Of a stretch of 64,000 bases of DNA, positions 36,817 through 46,077 are shown one piece after another. Position 1 is the stretch's first letter; every line of letters begins with the position of its first letter. The notes beneath the pieces were generated by a model. It was not told the DNA's origin. It made no database searches and worked only from the letters and a program-made list of their open reading frames with translations. The position numbers and the translations under genes are program-made. The DNA is from Sphingobacteriaceae bacterium (lineage in GTDB: Bacteria; Bacteroidota; Bacteroidia; UBA7662): the NCBI GenBank assembly GCA_030682795.1, contig JAUXNJ010000009.1:8582-72581 (forward strand). Reading direction: 5' to 3'.

Positions 36817-38016
36817 CTATTTTATAACGCCCATGGCCTTGCCAACCTTGGTAAAAGCAGCAATGGCATGATCGAGATGCGCTTGGGTATGTGCGGCTGA
36901 TAACTGCACCCTGATACGGGCCTGGCCTTTAGGCACCACTGGAAAGAAAAAGCCAATCACATAAATGCCTTCTTTGAGCAGGGCGTCGGCCATGTCTTGG
37001 CTCAGTTTTGCATCGTACAACATGATGGGCACGATGGCCGCCTCGCCGTCTTTGATGTCGAAACCGGCCTCCACAATGCCCTTTTTAAAGTATTTCACAT
37101 TCCACTCGAGGCGGTCGCGGAGCTCGGTGCTTTCTTCAAGCATCTTAAACACTTCTAAAGAAGCGCCCACGATGGTTGGCGCCAGCGAGTTGCTAAACAA
37201 ATAGGGGCGCGAGCGCTGACGCAGCATGTCGATGATGGCCTTGCGACCGGTGGTATAGCCGCCCATGGCGCCGCCGAGTGCTTTGCCCAGGGTGCCGGTT
37301 ATGATGTCGATTTTACCCATCACACCACATAACTCTGGTGTACCGCGGCCGGTTGCTCCCAAAAACCCTGCGGCATGGCATTCGTCAATCATGGTAAGCG
37401 CATCGTATTGTTCAGCCAGGGCTACTACTTTGTCGAGTTGGGCCACATAGCCGTCCATGCTAAACACCCCGTCGGTTACAATGATGATGTTGCGAACGCC
37501 GTCTTTGCGCGCCTGCTGCAGCTGCAGTTCGAGGTCGGCCATGTCGTTGTTCTGGTAGCGATAGCGCTTGGCTTTGCACAAACGCACCCCGTCGATGATC
37601 GAGGCGTGGTTGAGACTGTCGCTCACAATGGCGTCTTCCTCACTGAACAACGGCTCGAACACCCCACCATTGGCGTCAAAAGCAGCGGCGTACAAAATGG
37701 TATCGTCGGTATGGTAAAAGCGGGCAATGGTGGCCTCGAGTTCTTTGTGGATGTCTTGCGTGCCGCAAATGAACCGCACACTGCTCATACCAAAACCATG
37801 GCTGTCGAGGGTACGTTTGGCTGCGTCGATGATGCGGGGGTGGTTCGACAAACCGAGGTAGTTGTTGGCACAAAAATTCAAAACGGTTTCGCCTGTATTG
37901 AGCTGTATTTCGGCATCCTGTGAAGAACTGATGATGCGCTCTTTTTTATATAAACCAGCGGCTTCAATCTCAGCCAATTCCTTTTCGAGCAAGGGTTGTA
38001 GGTTCGTCTTGTACAT
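36817..38016 (-). CDS. kbl: Glycine C-acetyltransferase (2-amino-3-ketobutyrate CoA ligase)
   Basis: Start trimmed to [29 protein letters not shown]. The PLP-lysine context is [10 protein letters not shown]. 399 aa. A -7 box 17 nt upstream supports this start. Confidence 0.9.
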   Translation of the reverse strand: MYKTNLQPLLEKELAEIEAAGLYKKERIISSSQDAEIQLNTGETVLNFCANNYLGLSNHPRIIDAAKRTLDSHGFGMSSVRFICGTQDIHKELEATIARFYHTDDTILYAAAFDANGGVFEPLFSEEDAIVSDSLNHASIIDGVRLCKAKRYRYQNNDMADLELQLQQARKDGVRNIIIVTDGVFSMDGYVAQLDKVVALAEQYDALTMIDECHAAGFLGATGRGTPELCGVMGKIDIITGTLGKALGGAMGGYTTGRKAIIDMLRQRSRPYLFSNSLAPTIVGASLEVFKMLEESTELRDRLEWNVKYFKKGIVEAGFDIKDGEAAIVPIMLYDAKLSQDMADALLKEGIYVIGFFFPVVPKGQARIRVQLSAAHTQAHLDHAIAAFTKVGKAMGVIK

Positions 38017-38033
38017 TTTTTTCAATTTATGCC

Positions 38034-38041
38034 CAAAAATA
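38034..38041 (-). promoter_or_regulatory. Candidate -7 box (TATTTTTG) for kbl
   Basis: TAnnTTTG on the minus strand, 17 nt upstream of the ATG at 38016. Confidence 0.4.
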
Positions 38042-38162
38042 CGGCTTTGTTCTGAGCTTTTGCGCGGCTTTTGTGGCTTTATGATGGCTTCAGCGGTCAA
38101 ATTGGCATCGGGCACTTCTCTCAAAAACACTTAAAAAGACAAAAAAGGAAGGCAGATTAGCT

Positions 38163-38170
38163 TATATTTG
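38163..38170 (+). promoter_or_regulatory. Candidate -7 box (TATATTTG) for ugd
   Basis: TAnnTTTG 21 nt upstream of the ATG at 38192. Confidence 0.4.
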
Positions 38171-38191
38171 CTTCGAAACACAAATAAATCC

Positions 38192-39508
38192 ATGAAAGTA
38201 GCAGTAGTAGGCACAGGCTATGTTGGCTTGGTAACCGGCACCTGTTTTGCCGAAGTAGGCATTGAGGTGGTATGCATCGACATCGACCAAAAGAAAATCG
38301 ACAATCTTCATAAAGGCATCATGCCCATTTACGAGCCCGGCTTGGAAGAAATGGTGTTGCGTAATGTGGCCAAAGGCCGGCTGCACTTCAGCACCAATTT
38401 GGGTGATGCCATTCAAGGCGCAGAAGTAGCCTTTATTGCGGTGGGCACCCCTCCGGGTGAAGACGGCAGCGCCGATTTAAAATATGTAGTTGGCGTGGCC
38501 CGCGAAATAGGCGAGCACATGAACAACTACATGGTAGTGGTTACCAAGTCTACCGTACCGGTGGGCACCAGCGAAAAAGTGCGGACGGCGGTACAAACGG
38601 CCCTCGACAAGCGCGGGCAAAAGCTCACTTTTGACGTGGCTTCAAATCCTGAATTTTTGAAAGAAGGCGCGGCCATTGAGGACTTCCTCAAGCCCGACCG
38701 CATTGTGGTAGGTACTTCGAGCAAACAAGCAGAAGAAACCCTCGGCAAATTATACAAGCCCTTCACCTTAAACGGGCACCCGGTAATTTACATGGACATT
38801 CCTTCTGCCGAAATGACCAAATACGCCGCCAACGCCATGCTGGCCACCAAAATCAGCTTCATGAACGACATCGCCAATTTGTGCGAAATCATGGGTGCAG
38901 ATGTAAACCTGGTGCGCAAAGGCATCGGCAGCGATGCGCGCATTGGACATAAATTCATTTACCCAGGCGTGGGTTACGGCGGCAGTTGTTTCCCTAAGGA
39001 CGTAAAAGCCCTCATTCGCACAGCCCGTGAAAACGGTCACGACATGCGCATACTTGAAGCGGTAGAAGCGGTAAATGAAGACCAGAAAGAAGTGCTTTCC
39101 AGCAAAGTAGTCAAGCATTTTGGGGAAGATTTGAATGGTAAAACCTTCGGGGTATGGGGCTTAAGCTTCAAGCCCAAAACCGACGATATGCGCGAGGCAC
39201 CTTCGGTAGTAATTATCAACGAGCTGTTGCGCCGCGGTGCCAAAGTGCGGGCCTACGATCCAGTAGCCATGGCAGAAGCCAAGCACCAGCTAGCCGACAC
39301 CATTACCTACGCCAAAGACCCGAACGACGCTATCTTAGACGTAGATGCACTGCTATTGATTACTGAATGGCCAGAGTTCCGGATGCCAAATTTTGATGTG
39401 GTGAAAAAACTCATGAACCAACATGTGATTTTTGATGGCCGCAATCAGTACGACCGCCATGAATTACGGGAAATGGGCTTTACCTATTACGGTATAGGTC
39501 TCCAATAA
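38192..39508 (+). CDS. ugd: UDP-glucose 6-dehydrogenase
   Basis: MKVAVVGTGYVGLVTG Rossmann motif and catalytic GYGGSCFPKD. 438 aa after trimming. Confidence 0.95.
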   Translation: MKVAVVGTGYVGLVTGTCFAEVGIEVVCIDIDQKKIDNLHKGIMPIYEPGLEEMVLRNVAKGRLHFSTNLGDAIQGAEVAFIAVGTPPGEDGSADLKYVVGVAREIGEHMNNYMVVVTKSTVPVGTSEKVRTAVQTALDKRGQKLTFDVASNPEFLKEGAAIEDFLKPDRIVVGTSSKQAEETLGKLYKPFTLNGHPVIYMDIPSAEMTKYAANAMLATKISFMNDIANLCEIMGADVNLVRKGIGSDARIGHKFIYPGVGYGGSCFPKDVKALIRTARENGHDMRILEAVEAVNEDQKEVLSSKVVKHFGEDLNGKTFGVWGLSFKPKTDDMREAPSVVIINELLRRGAKVRAYDPVAMAEAKHQLADTITYAKDPNDAILDVDALLLITEWPEFRMPNFDVVKKLMNQHVIFDGRNQYDRHELREMGFTYYGIGLQ

Positions 39509-39527
39509 AATATAAGACGCCCGTCCA

Positions 39528-39559
39528 GCCGCAATCTCGTTTAGATTGCGGCTTTTTTT
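39528..39559 (+). terminator. Rho-independent terminator after ugd
   Basis: 10-bp stem GCCGCAATCT/AGATTGCGGC with a 5-nt loop, followed by T7. Confidence 0.8.
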
Positions 39560-39675
39560 AAACAAACTGCCGTCCGGCCGGCAGCTTTAAACGTCATTCA
39601 AACGTCACAGACACACCACAGTCATCCCACGCAATAGATAAATGCTTAACTTCGTGACCGAAAACATTTTCATAC

Positions 39676-40215
39676 ATGAAGCAGCTTATTCTTATTGCCT
39701 TAGGATTATTTCTTCTTACCAACTGTGCGGATAAAAAGGCTGTCCAACAGACCGCCCTTTTGGCTCGCATCGATAGCCTTGAAAACATCCTGCTTACCGA
39801 TTCGCTCAACATCAGCGATGAGCCTGCCTCTGAGATCATAAAAGCTTATTTAAAATTCGCCGACACCTATCCAAAAGACAGCAGTGCGGCGGACTTTCTT
39901 TTTAAGGCGGCCGATGTGATGCGCGGCATGTATCGTTATCAAGATGCCGTTCAGGTATTAGAATTAGTGGTTACGCGCTATCCTAAAAGCGACAAAGCGC
40001 CGGCAGCCTTGTTTTATGCTGGCTTCATTTTGCATGCTGATACCGAGCAAAACATGCTCGCCATTCCTTTTTTTCAGCGTTTAATTGATGAATTTCCAGA
40101 GCATCCCCTTAGTAATGATGCCCGCAACTTAATGCCTTTGCTCAATATGAATGAGGAGCAGCTGTTAGATTTTTTGAGACAGCGAAATCCCGACAGCAGC
40201 GGACTTGCTTCTTAA
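39676..40215 (+). CDS. TPR-like lipoprotein
   Basis: Lipobox LLTNC. TPR-like helical repeats (YQDAVQVLELVVTRYPKSDKAPAALFYAG). 179 aa. Confidence 0.6.
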   Translation: MKQLILIALGLFLLTNCADKKAVQQTALLARIDSLENILLTDSLNISDEPASEIIKAYLKFADTYPKDSSAADFLFKAADVMRGMYRYQDAVQVLELVVTRYPKSDKAPAALFYAGFILHADTEQNMLAIPFFQRLIDEFPEHPLSNDARNLMPLLNMNEEQLLDFLRQRNPDSSGLAS

Positions 40216-41009
40216 TACTGCATCAATGCTTTTAAACGAGTCAGTAGTTTGTCTTTGTTAAGATAAGGTTCGAGTCGACCGTTTACCGCGAGCGAAATCT
40301 TCCCTGTTTCTTCAGAAACAATTAACACAACCGCATCGCTATGCTCCGAAATACCCAGGGCAGATCGATGCCGCATGCCCAACTCTTCGGGCAGGTCCGG
40401 ATTTTCGGTCATTGGCAATACGCAGCCTGCAGCTTTTAAACGGCCGGATGCTATGATCACAGCGCCATCGTGCAGTGGACTGGTTTTGTTAAATATACTC
40501 TCTATAACCCGGGCGCTCGGAAGGGCGTCGATGGCTTCACCGGTATTTGCAAAAAACTGAAGCTCTGAAGTACGTGCAAATACCAATAGGGCTCCTGTCT
40601 TTTCGGTCGACAAGTTTACCGCAGCTTGCACAATTTCCTCTAGGCTATTTTCTGAATCATCGGTGCTTTGGATGCCTTTTAGGAAGAGGTTTCTTACCCA
40701 GCCTTTCTGCTTAAAACCCGTGTTTTTGCCAATAAGCAGTAAAAACCTGCGAATCTCGGGTTGGAACAGAATGATGAGTGAAATCACGCCCACACCAATA
40801 AACTGACCCAATATGCGGGCCAAAAGCCGCAATTCAAGTGCATCTACCACCAAATAGAGTACATAAATCGATACCAAACCAATCAGGATATTGACCGCCA
40901 AGCTGCCTTTCACGAGCTTATAGAGCTGATAAAGCAGGAAAGCCACCAAACTGATGTCGATCAAATCGCGCAGTTCAAGCGCCAGAAAGCCAAAGTCAAA
41001 TATTTTCAA
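40212..41009 (-). CDS. cdaA: Diadenylate cyclase CdaA (DisA_N/DAC domain, membrane-anchored)
   Basis: Three N-terminal TM helices. GALLVF, TSPLHDGAVII and RHRSALGISE are the DAC motifs. 265 aa. Confidence 0.9.
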   Translation of the reverse strand: MKIFDFGFLALELRDLIDISLVAFLLYQLYKLVKGSLAVNILIGLVSIYVLYLVVDALELRLLARILGQFIGVGVISLIILFQPEIRRFLLLIGKNTGFKQKGWVRNLFLKGIQSTDDSENSLEEIVQAAVNLSTEKTGALLVFARTSELQFFANTGEAIDALPSARVIESIFNKTSPLHDGAVIIASGRLKAAGCVLPMTENPDLPEELGMRHRSALGISEHSDAVVLIVSEETGKISLAVNGRLEPYLNKDKLLTRLKALMQY

Positions 41010-41859
41010 TTTTTTTCCAGAGTTGAATGGCCTCAGCGGCCGGTTGAACGTCGTGTACCCGCAAGATACGTGCTCCTTTGCTAAGTGCGATGGTGTTTAA
41101 TACGGTAGTGCCGTTCAGAGCGGTTTCTGCTGTACCCTTAAGGGTACGGTACACCATCGATTTACGTGATAATCCTGCCAAAACCGGGTAGCCATACTGC
41201 ACCAATTGGTCGAGCTGCCTGAGCATCTCAAAATTCTGATCGATGGTTTTCGCAAATCCAAAGCCTGGATCTAAAATCACATCTGTAACTCCTAGCTGGT
41301 GTAATTCACGGGCCTTATTGAGCAATTCCGAAATCACTTCCGGCACCAATTGGTTGTACTGCGTATGTTGTTGCATGGTTTGAGGCGTACCACGCATGTG
41401 CATGAGCACATACGGCACCTTGTAATGGGCTACAGTGGCAAACATGGCTGCATCGAGCGTGCCGCCCGACACATCATTAATGAGGTGCGCACCTGCTAAA
41501 AGGGCTTGCTCAGCTACTTTACTACGAAAAGTGTCGACCGAAAGCAGGGCTTGCGGCAGCTGCTTGCGCAGATTTTCCAGTGCAGGAAGCAAGCGATCTA
41601 TCTCCTCCTCCACTGAAATATCGGCAGCACCCGGACGGGTACTATAGGCGCCTAAATCTAGGAATAACGCCCCCTGCTCGAGCATTTTTGCTGCCTTTTC
41701 GAGCAGAACTTCGGGGGCTATTTGCCACTGGCGACTTCCTGCAAAAAACGAATCTGGCGTAAGGTTCAGGATGCCCATGATTACTGGTTGAGAAAGATCA
41801 ATGCACTTCCCTTGGCAGTTGAGCGTTATTTTTGTCGGAAACAAAGTATCTTTAAGCAT
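40996..41859 (-). CDS. folP: Dihydropteroate synthase
   Basis: IMGILNLTPDSFF, DLGAYSTRPG, INDVSGG and GFGFAKT motifs. 287 aa. The 3' end overlaps the cdaA start by 14 nt. Confidence 0.95.
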   Translation of the reverse strand: MLKDTLFPTKITLNCQGKCIDLSQPVIMGILNLTPDSFFAGSRQWQIAPEVLLEKAAKMLEQGALFLDLGAYSTRPGAADISVEEEIDRLLPALENLRKQLPQALLSVDTFRSKVAEQALLAGAHLINDVSGGTLDAAMFATVAHYKVPYVLMHMRGTPQTMQQHTQYNQLVPEVISELLNKARELHQLGVTDVILDPGFGFAKTIDQNFEMLRQLDQLVQYGYPVLAGLSRKSMVYRTLKGTAETALNGTTVLNTIALSKGARILRVHDVQPAAEAIQLWKKIENI

Positions 41860-41937
41860 CGAAAAGCCGCTATTGGCTGTTCGAAATTAAATCATTTCAA
41901 CTTGAAACCCCAAACTGCTGTAGCATTCGACCAAATA

Positions 41938-42447
41938 ATGCAGGATTGCCGTGCGCTGTTCGAGAAAAAAACACGCGATTATGGCACCGCTTGGCGCATT
42001 TTAAGAAACCCTTCGCTCACCGATCAAATCTATATCAAGGCTGCCCGCATCCGCAGCATTGAAGAAAAAGGCACCCAAAAAGTAGCCGATGATGTACGCG
42101 GTGAATATGTAGGCATGATTAATTATTGCATCATGGCGCTCATCCAAACCGAATTGCCTGCAGACTCCCCTGCTGAGTTGGCGCTCGAAGAAGCTTTGCG
42201 GTTGTATGATCAGCAACGGGATACCACACGGGCTTTGCTGCTCGACAAAAACCATGATTATGGCGAGGCCTGGCGCGATATGCGGGTGAGTTCCTTCACA
42301 GACCTCATCCTCATGAAGTTGCTGCGCATCAAACAAATTGAAGACAATGCCGGCCAAACCCTTGTTTCAGAAGGAGTTGATGCTGGCTACCGCGACATCA
42401 TCAACTATTCTGTATTTGCACTTATCAAAACCTCAGAAACCGCATGA
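41938..42447 (+). CDS. DUF1599 domain protein with two tandem copies of the domain
   Basis: Start trimmed to the ATG at 41938; a TTG at 41912 is an alternative. Two ~60-aa repeats, KKTRDYGTAWRILR..INYCIMALI and DKNHDYGEAWRDMR..INYSVFALI, are offset by 93 aa. Confidence 0.65.
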   Translation: MQDCRALFEKKTRDYGTAWRILRNPSLTDQIYIKAARIRSIEEKGTQKVADDVRGEYVGMINYCIMALIQTELPADSPAELALEEALRLYDQQRDTTRALLLDKNHDYGEAWRDMRVSSFTDLILMKLLRIKQIEDNAGQTLVSEGVDAGYRDIINYSVFALIKTSETA

Positions 42448-43553
42448 CAATCCTCATTAGATTCCTCACTGGAGCCCTTTTTATCTTTTCTGGCTTCATC
42501 AAGGCCAATGACCCCATGGGTTTTGGCTATAAACTCGAAGAGTATTTCGGGGTTTTCGGCATCAGCTGGCTAAATCCGGCCGCCACCTTTTTAGCAGCCT
42601 TCATTTGCGTGGTGGAAATGGGCCTCGGCTTGGCCTTGCTCATCGGCTGGCGCCGCATGTTTACGCTTTGGTCGCTGCTAGCCATGATTGTGTTTTTCAC
42701 TTTCCTTACTTTTTACAGCGCTTGGTTTAATGTGGTAACAGATTGTGGTTGTTTTGGCGACTTTTTGCACCTCACTCCTTGGCAATCGTTTACCAAAGAC
42801 ATTGTGCTCTTGATGATGATTGCCTGGCTGTTTTTCCGTCGCGAGCAATTTGAAGCGCTCTGGAGTAACGACGTACGCAATAGGTTAATGATTGCCTTTG
42901 TAGCAGCCTCTGGGCTGTTTTCTGCCTACACTTGGGCTTATTTACCCCTCATCGATTTCCGTCCCTATGCCATCGGCAAAAACATACAAGAAGGCATGCA
43001 AATTCCCGAAGGGGCACCACTCGACGAATATAAAGACACCTGGTATTACAAGATCGATGGCCAAACCAAGTCGTTTACCACTGATGAAGCACCTTGGGAC
43101 TTGCCGGGTGCTGAATTTGTAGACCGCAAAACCGTTCTCATTAAAAAAGGCTACACGCCTCCCGTGCATGACTTTACAATAACAGATTTAGAGGGTAACG
43201 ATTATACGGAAGATTTTTTAGTGGCGCCTGCTACTTTATTTGTTGTTGCCTATGATTTCAAAAAATCGAGGAATGAAGCATGGAACGAGATTGCAAGTAT
43301 CATAAAATGGGCTGAGCTAAATCAATTGCGGGTGGCCTTTTTAACGGCTAGCACCAATCAACAAGTGGCTGCTTTTAAAGAGGCTCGCAAAGCTGATTGG
43401 CCCATTTACATTACCGATGGCACTACACTTAAAACCATGGTGCGTTCCAATCCCGGTTTGATAGCACTCAAAAACGGTACTGTGGTGGATATGTGGCCTG
43501 CACGCAGCTTGCCGAGCTTAGTGGAATTGTCGGAGCTCTATCAAATCGACTAA
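42444..43553 (+). CDS. DoxX-like membrane domain fused to a thioredoxin-like/TlpA-like C-terminal domain
   Basis: Four N-terminal TM helices (ALFIFSGFIKANDP is DoxX-like). Soluble C-terminal half. ATGA overlap with the DUF1599 gene. 369 aa. Confidence 0.6.
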   Translation: MTILIRFLTGALFIFSGFIKANDPMGFGYKLEEYFGVFGISWLNPAATFLAAFICVVEMGLGLALLIGWRRMFTLWSLLAMIVFFTFLTFYSAWFNVVTDCGCFGDFLHLTPWQSFTKDIVLLMMIAWLFFRREQFEALWSNDVRNRLMIAFVAASGLFSAYTWAYLPLIDFRPYAIGKNIQEGMQIPEGAPLDEYKDTWYYKIDGQTKSFTTDEAPWDLPGAEFVDRKTVLIKKGYTPPVHDFTITDLEGNDYTEDFLVAPATLFVVAYDFKKSRNEAWNEIASIIKWAELNQLRVAFLTASTNQQVAAFKEARKADWPIYITDGTTLKTMVRSNPGLIALKNGTVVDMWPARSLPSLVELSELYQID

Positions 43554-43555
43554 AC

Positions 43556-44614
43556 ATGCTTTCCTACCTGCTCAAGCGACTTGCCAGCGGCTTTTTGGTA
43601 TTATTTGGCGTTGTGAGCGTGGTATTTTTTCTGTTTAACATCCTACCCGGCGATGCCGCGCAAATGACCTTGGGGCAGCGCAGCGACATTGCTTCCTTAG
43701 AGGCGGTTACCAAAGAATTGGGGCTAGATCAGCCCATGTACAAACAGTATTTATTATACCTCAACGACCTTTCTCCTCTTTCTCTGCACAATTATACGTC
43801 GGAAGAACAAAATAAATATGGCTTTACAGCCTTGGTGCCGTTGGGAAGCAACCGCTGGTTATGTGCCAAAGCGCCCTATCTCCGACGTTCGTACCAAAGC
43901 CGGCAAACAGTGAACCAAATCATTGCCTCTGCCCTGCCAGGAACCGCAATTTTAGCCCTCAGCGCGATGCTAATTGCTACCTTTTTTGGTCTCCTGCTAG
44001 GCGGCATCGCAGCTTTATTTGCCCAAACCTGGGTCGATCGAGCAGCGGTTTCCCTATCGATTGTCGGTATTTCTGCCCCTTCTTATTTCGCCAGCATCCT
44101 CATTGCCTATTTGTTTGGTTTTGTATGGCAGCGTTACACAGGGCTTTCCATGACGGGGAGTTTATACGAGGTAGATGCCTTTGCCGGCCGTAGTTTGGCC
44201 TTGCAGAACCTTATTCTGCCCGCCATCACCCTTGGCATTCGGCCCTTGGCCATCATTGTGCAGCTCAGTCGAAACACTTTTCTCGAAGTGCTTTCGCAGG
44301 ATTACGTGCGCACAGCCAGGGCCAAAGGCCTCAGCGAGTGGCAAGTAATGCAGCGGCACGTGCTACGCAACGCGCTTGGGCCGGTAGTTACCGCCATTTC
44401 AGGCTGGTTCGCCTCGCTCTTAGCAGGTGCCGTTTTTGTAGAATATATTTTTGGCTGGAAAGGATTGGGCAAAGTAACGGTTGATGCCCTCATGAAGTTT
44501 GATTTGCCCGTGGTAATGGGTGCTGTTTTGTTTATTGCGGTGGCTTTCATCTTGATCAATATTTTGGTGGACTTGATGTATGCCTGGCTGGACCCTCGTA
44601 TTCGGTTACAATGA
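43556..44614 (+). CDS. ABC transporter permease (DppB/OppB-like)
   Basis: Start trimmed to MLSYLLKRLASGFLVLFGVVSVVFFLFNILPGD. EAA-loop region YVRTARAKGLSEWQVMQRHVLRNAL. 352 aa. Confidence 0.85.
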   Translation: MLSYLLKRLASGFLVLFGVVSVVFFLFNILPGDAAQMTLGQRSDIASLEAVTKELGLDQPMYKQYLLYLNDLSPLSLHNYTSEEQNKYGFTALVPLGSNRWLCAKAPYLRRSYQSRQTVNQIIASALPGTAILALSAMLIATFFGLLLGGIAALFAQTWVDRAAVSLSIVGISAPSYFASILIAYLFGFVWQRYTGLSMTGSLYEVDAFAGRSLALQNLILPAITLGIRPLAIIVQLSRNTFLEVLSQDYVRTARAKGLSEWQVMQRHVLRNALGPVVTAISGWFASLLAGAVFVEYIFGWKGLGKVTVDALMKFDLPVVMGAVLFIAVAFILINILVDLMYAWLDPRIRLQ

Positions 44615-45117
44615 AACGGGTGTATCTGATTGGTCTACCTGGCTCCGGCAAAAGCACGTCGGGCAAAAGATTTGCCAAGCAGCTTGGCTGGGCTTATGCC
44701 GATTTAGACAAAATAGTGACCATTCGTGCCGGTCGATCCATCCCCGCCATTTTTGAAAACGAAGGGGAATTAGCCTTTCGTAAATATGAGCAGGCCGCCT
44801 TGTACGAAACAGCCGCCAGTTCCGATATAGTGATCGGGTGTGGAGGTGGTACTGCTGCTTTTGAAAACAACATCGATTGGATGCGGGCACATGGGGTGGT
44901 GATTTGGATCAACATCAGCTTGGTAGAACTCGGCAAACGTTTGCTTAAAAGTGTAAATGAGCGCCCTATGTTTCCCGATCGTGATCCTTCCGCGATTCAG
45001 CAACAATTGCAAAAGCTCTTTGAAAGCCGCCAGGATTTTTACAAACAAGCACACATCCAGGTAGATAGCGAGGCTGCGTTGCTACGCATCAACAACTTGG
45101 TGATTAGTTCATATTAA
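44611..45117 (+). CDS. aroK: Shikimate kinase
   Basis: LIGLPGSGKSTSGK P-loop, and FRKYE and GCGGG motifs. ATGA overlap with the permease gene. 168 aa. Confidence 0.9.
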   Translation: MKRVYLIGLPGSGKSTSGKRFAKQLGWAYADLDKIVTIRAGRSIPAIFENEGELAFRKYEQAALYETAASSDIVIGCGGGTAAFENNIDWMRAHGVVIWINISLVELGKRLLKSVNERPMFPDRDPSAIQQQLQKLFESRQDFYKQAHIQVDSEAALLRINNLVISSY

Positions 45118-45198
45118 ACACACACATATACAACAATCGTTTAACCCTCAGGTAAAGCCGAGTTCACAACATTGTGCTTGTTTTGCAAAAACCTCTTC

Positions 45199-46074
45199 AT
45201 GCAAAAGCGCAAAGTAGACATGGTGGTGATTTCTGATGTGCATTTAGGCACTTTCGGTTGTCGCGCAAACGAGCTCCTTCAATACCTCAACAGCATCGAA
45301 CCTGGATTGGTTATTTTGAATGGCGACATCGTAGACATCTGGCAGTTCCGCAAAAGCTATTGGCCGAAATCCCATACCCTGGTTATTAAAAAGATCTTTG
45401 AATTCCTAAGTGCCGGCATCCCTGTTTATTATCTTACTGGCAACCATGACGAAATGTTACGCCGATTTTCAGGTCTGAAGGTTGGGAATTTTCATCTCAA
45501 AGACAAGCTGTTGATGGAGTTAGACGGGCAAGAAGCCTGGTTTTTTCATGGCGACGTATTCGACGTAACCATGCAATATTCAAAGTGGCTAGCCAAATTA
45601 GGGGCTGTGGGCTACGACACATTAATTATGCTCAACAGCGTAGTGAATTGGTGCAGTGAGCGCCTGGGAAAAGGCCGCATTTCATTGTCCAAGAAGATTA
45701 AAGACAGCGTAAAATCGGCAGTAAAATTCATTAACGACTTTGAGAGTGTGGCTGCCGACTTGGCCATCGACAACAGATACGCTTATGTGATTTGCGGGCA
45801 CATTCACCAGCCAAATATCAAAACCTACGAAAATGCGAAAGGCAAGGTGGTGTACCTTAATTCTGGGGATTGGATCGAAAACCTAACGGCATTGGAATTC
45901 AACGCAGGAGCTTGGTCCATTTATAAGCATGATACCTCCAAGCATGCGGCAGTAGATGTGAAGGCGATGAGTGAGGAAGTTTCAATTTTTGAGCTATTCA
46001 AGCAAAACCATAGCAATGAAGAGCTGGTGTTTTTAAGCAAAATCATTGCCCATAGCAAGACAGCCATCCTCTAG
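45199..46074 (+). CDS. Metallophosphoesterase, UDP-2,3-diacylglucosamine diphosphatase (LpxH)-like
   Basis: VVISDVHLG, LNGDIVD, GNHD and GHIH calcineurin-like motifs. Start at MQKRKVDM (45199) is assumed. Confidence 0.75.
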   Translation: MQKRKVDMVVISDVHLGTFGCRANELLQYLNSIEPGLVILNGDIVDIWQFRKSYWPKSHTLVIKKIFEFLSAGIPVYYLTGNHDEMLRRFSGLKVGNFHLKDKLLMELDGQEAWFFHGDVFDVTMQYSKWLAKLGAVGYDTLIMLNSVVNWCSERLGKGRISLSKKIKDSVKSAVKFINDFESVAADLAIDNRYAYVICGHIHQPNIKTYENAKGKVVYLNSGDWIENLTALEFNAGAWSIYKHDTSKHAAVDVKAMSEEVSIFELFKQNHSNEELVFLSKIIAHSKTAIL

Positions 46075-46077
46075 TCG

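Noticed and set aside
38017-38130. Long-form starts for kbl (38130), murF (57927), mce (35624), ugd (38168), the ABC permease (43493) and the 185-aa secreted protein (36785)
   Set aside because: In each case homology, a signal peptide or a Rossmann motif begins at a downstream ATG. The extra N-terminal codons are low-complexity or overlap the neighbouring gene or promoter. For kbl, mce and ugd a TAnnTTTG box lies between the long and short starts.
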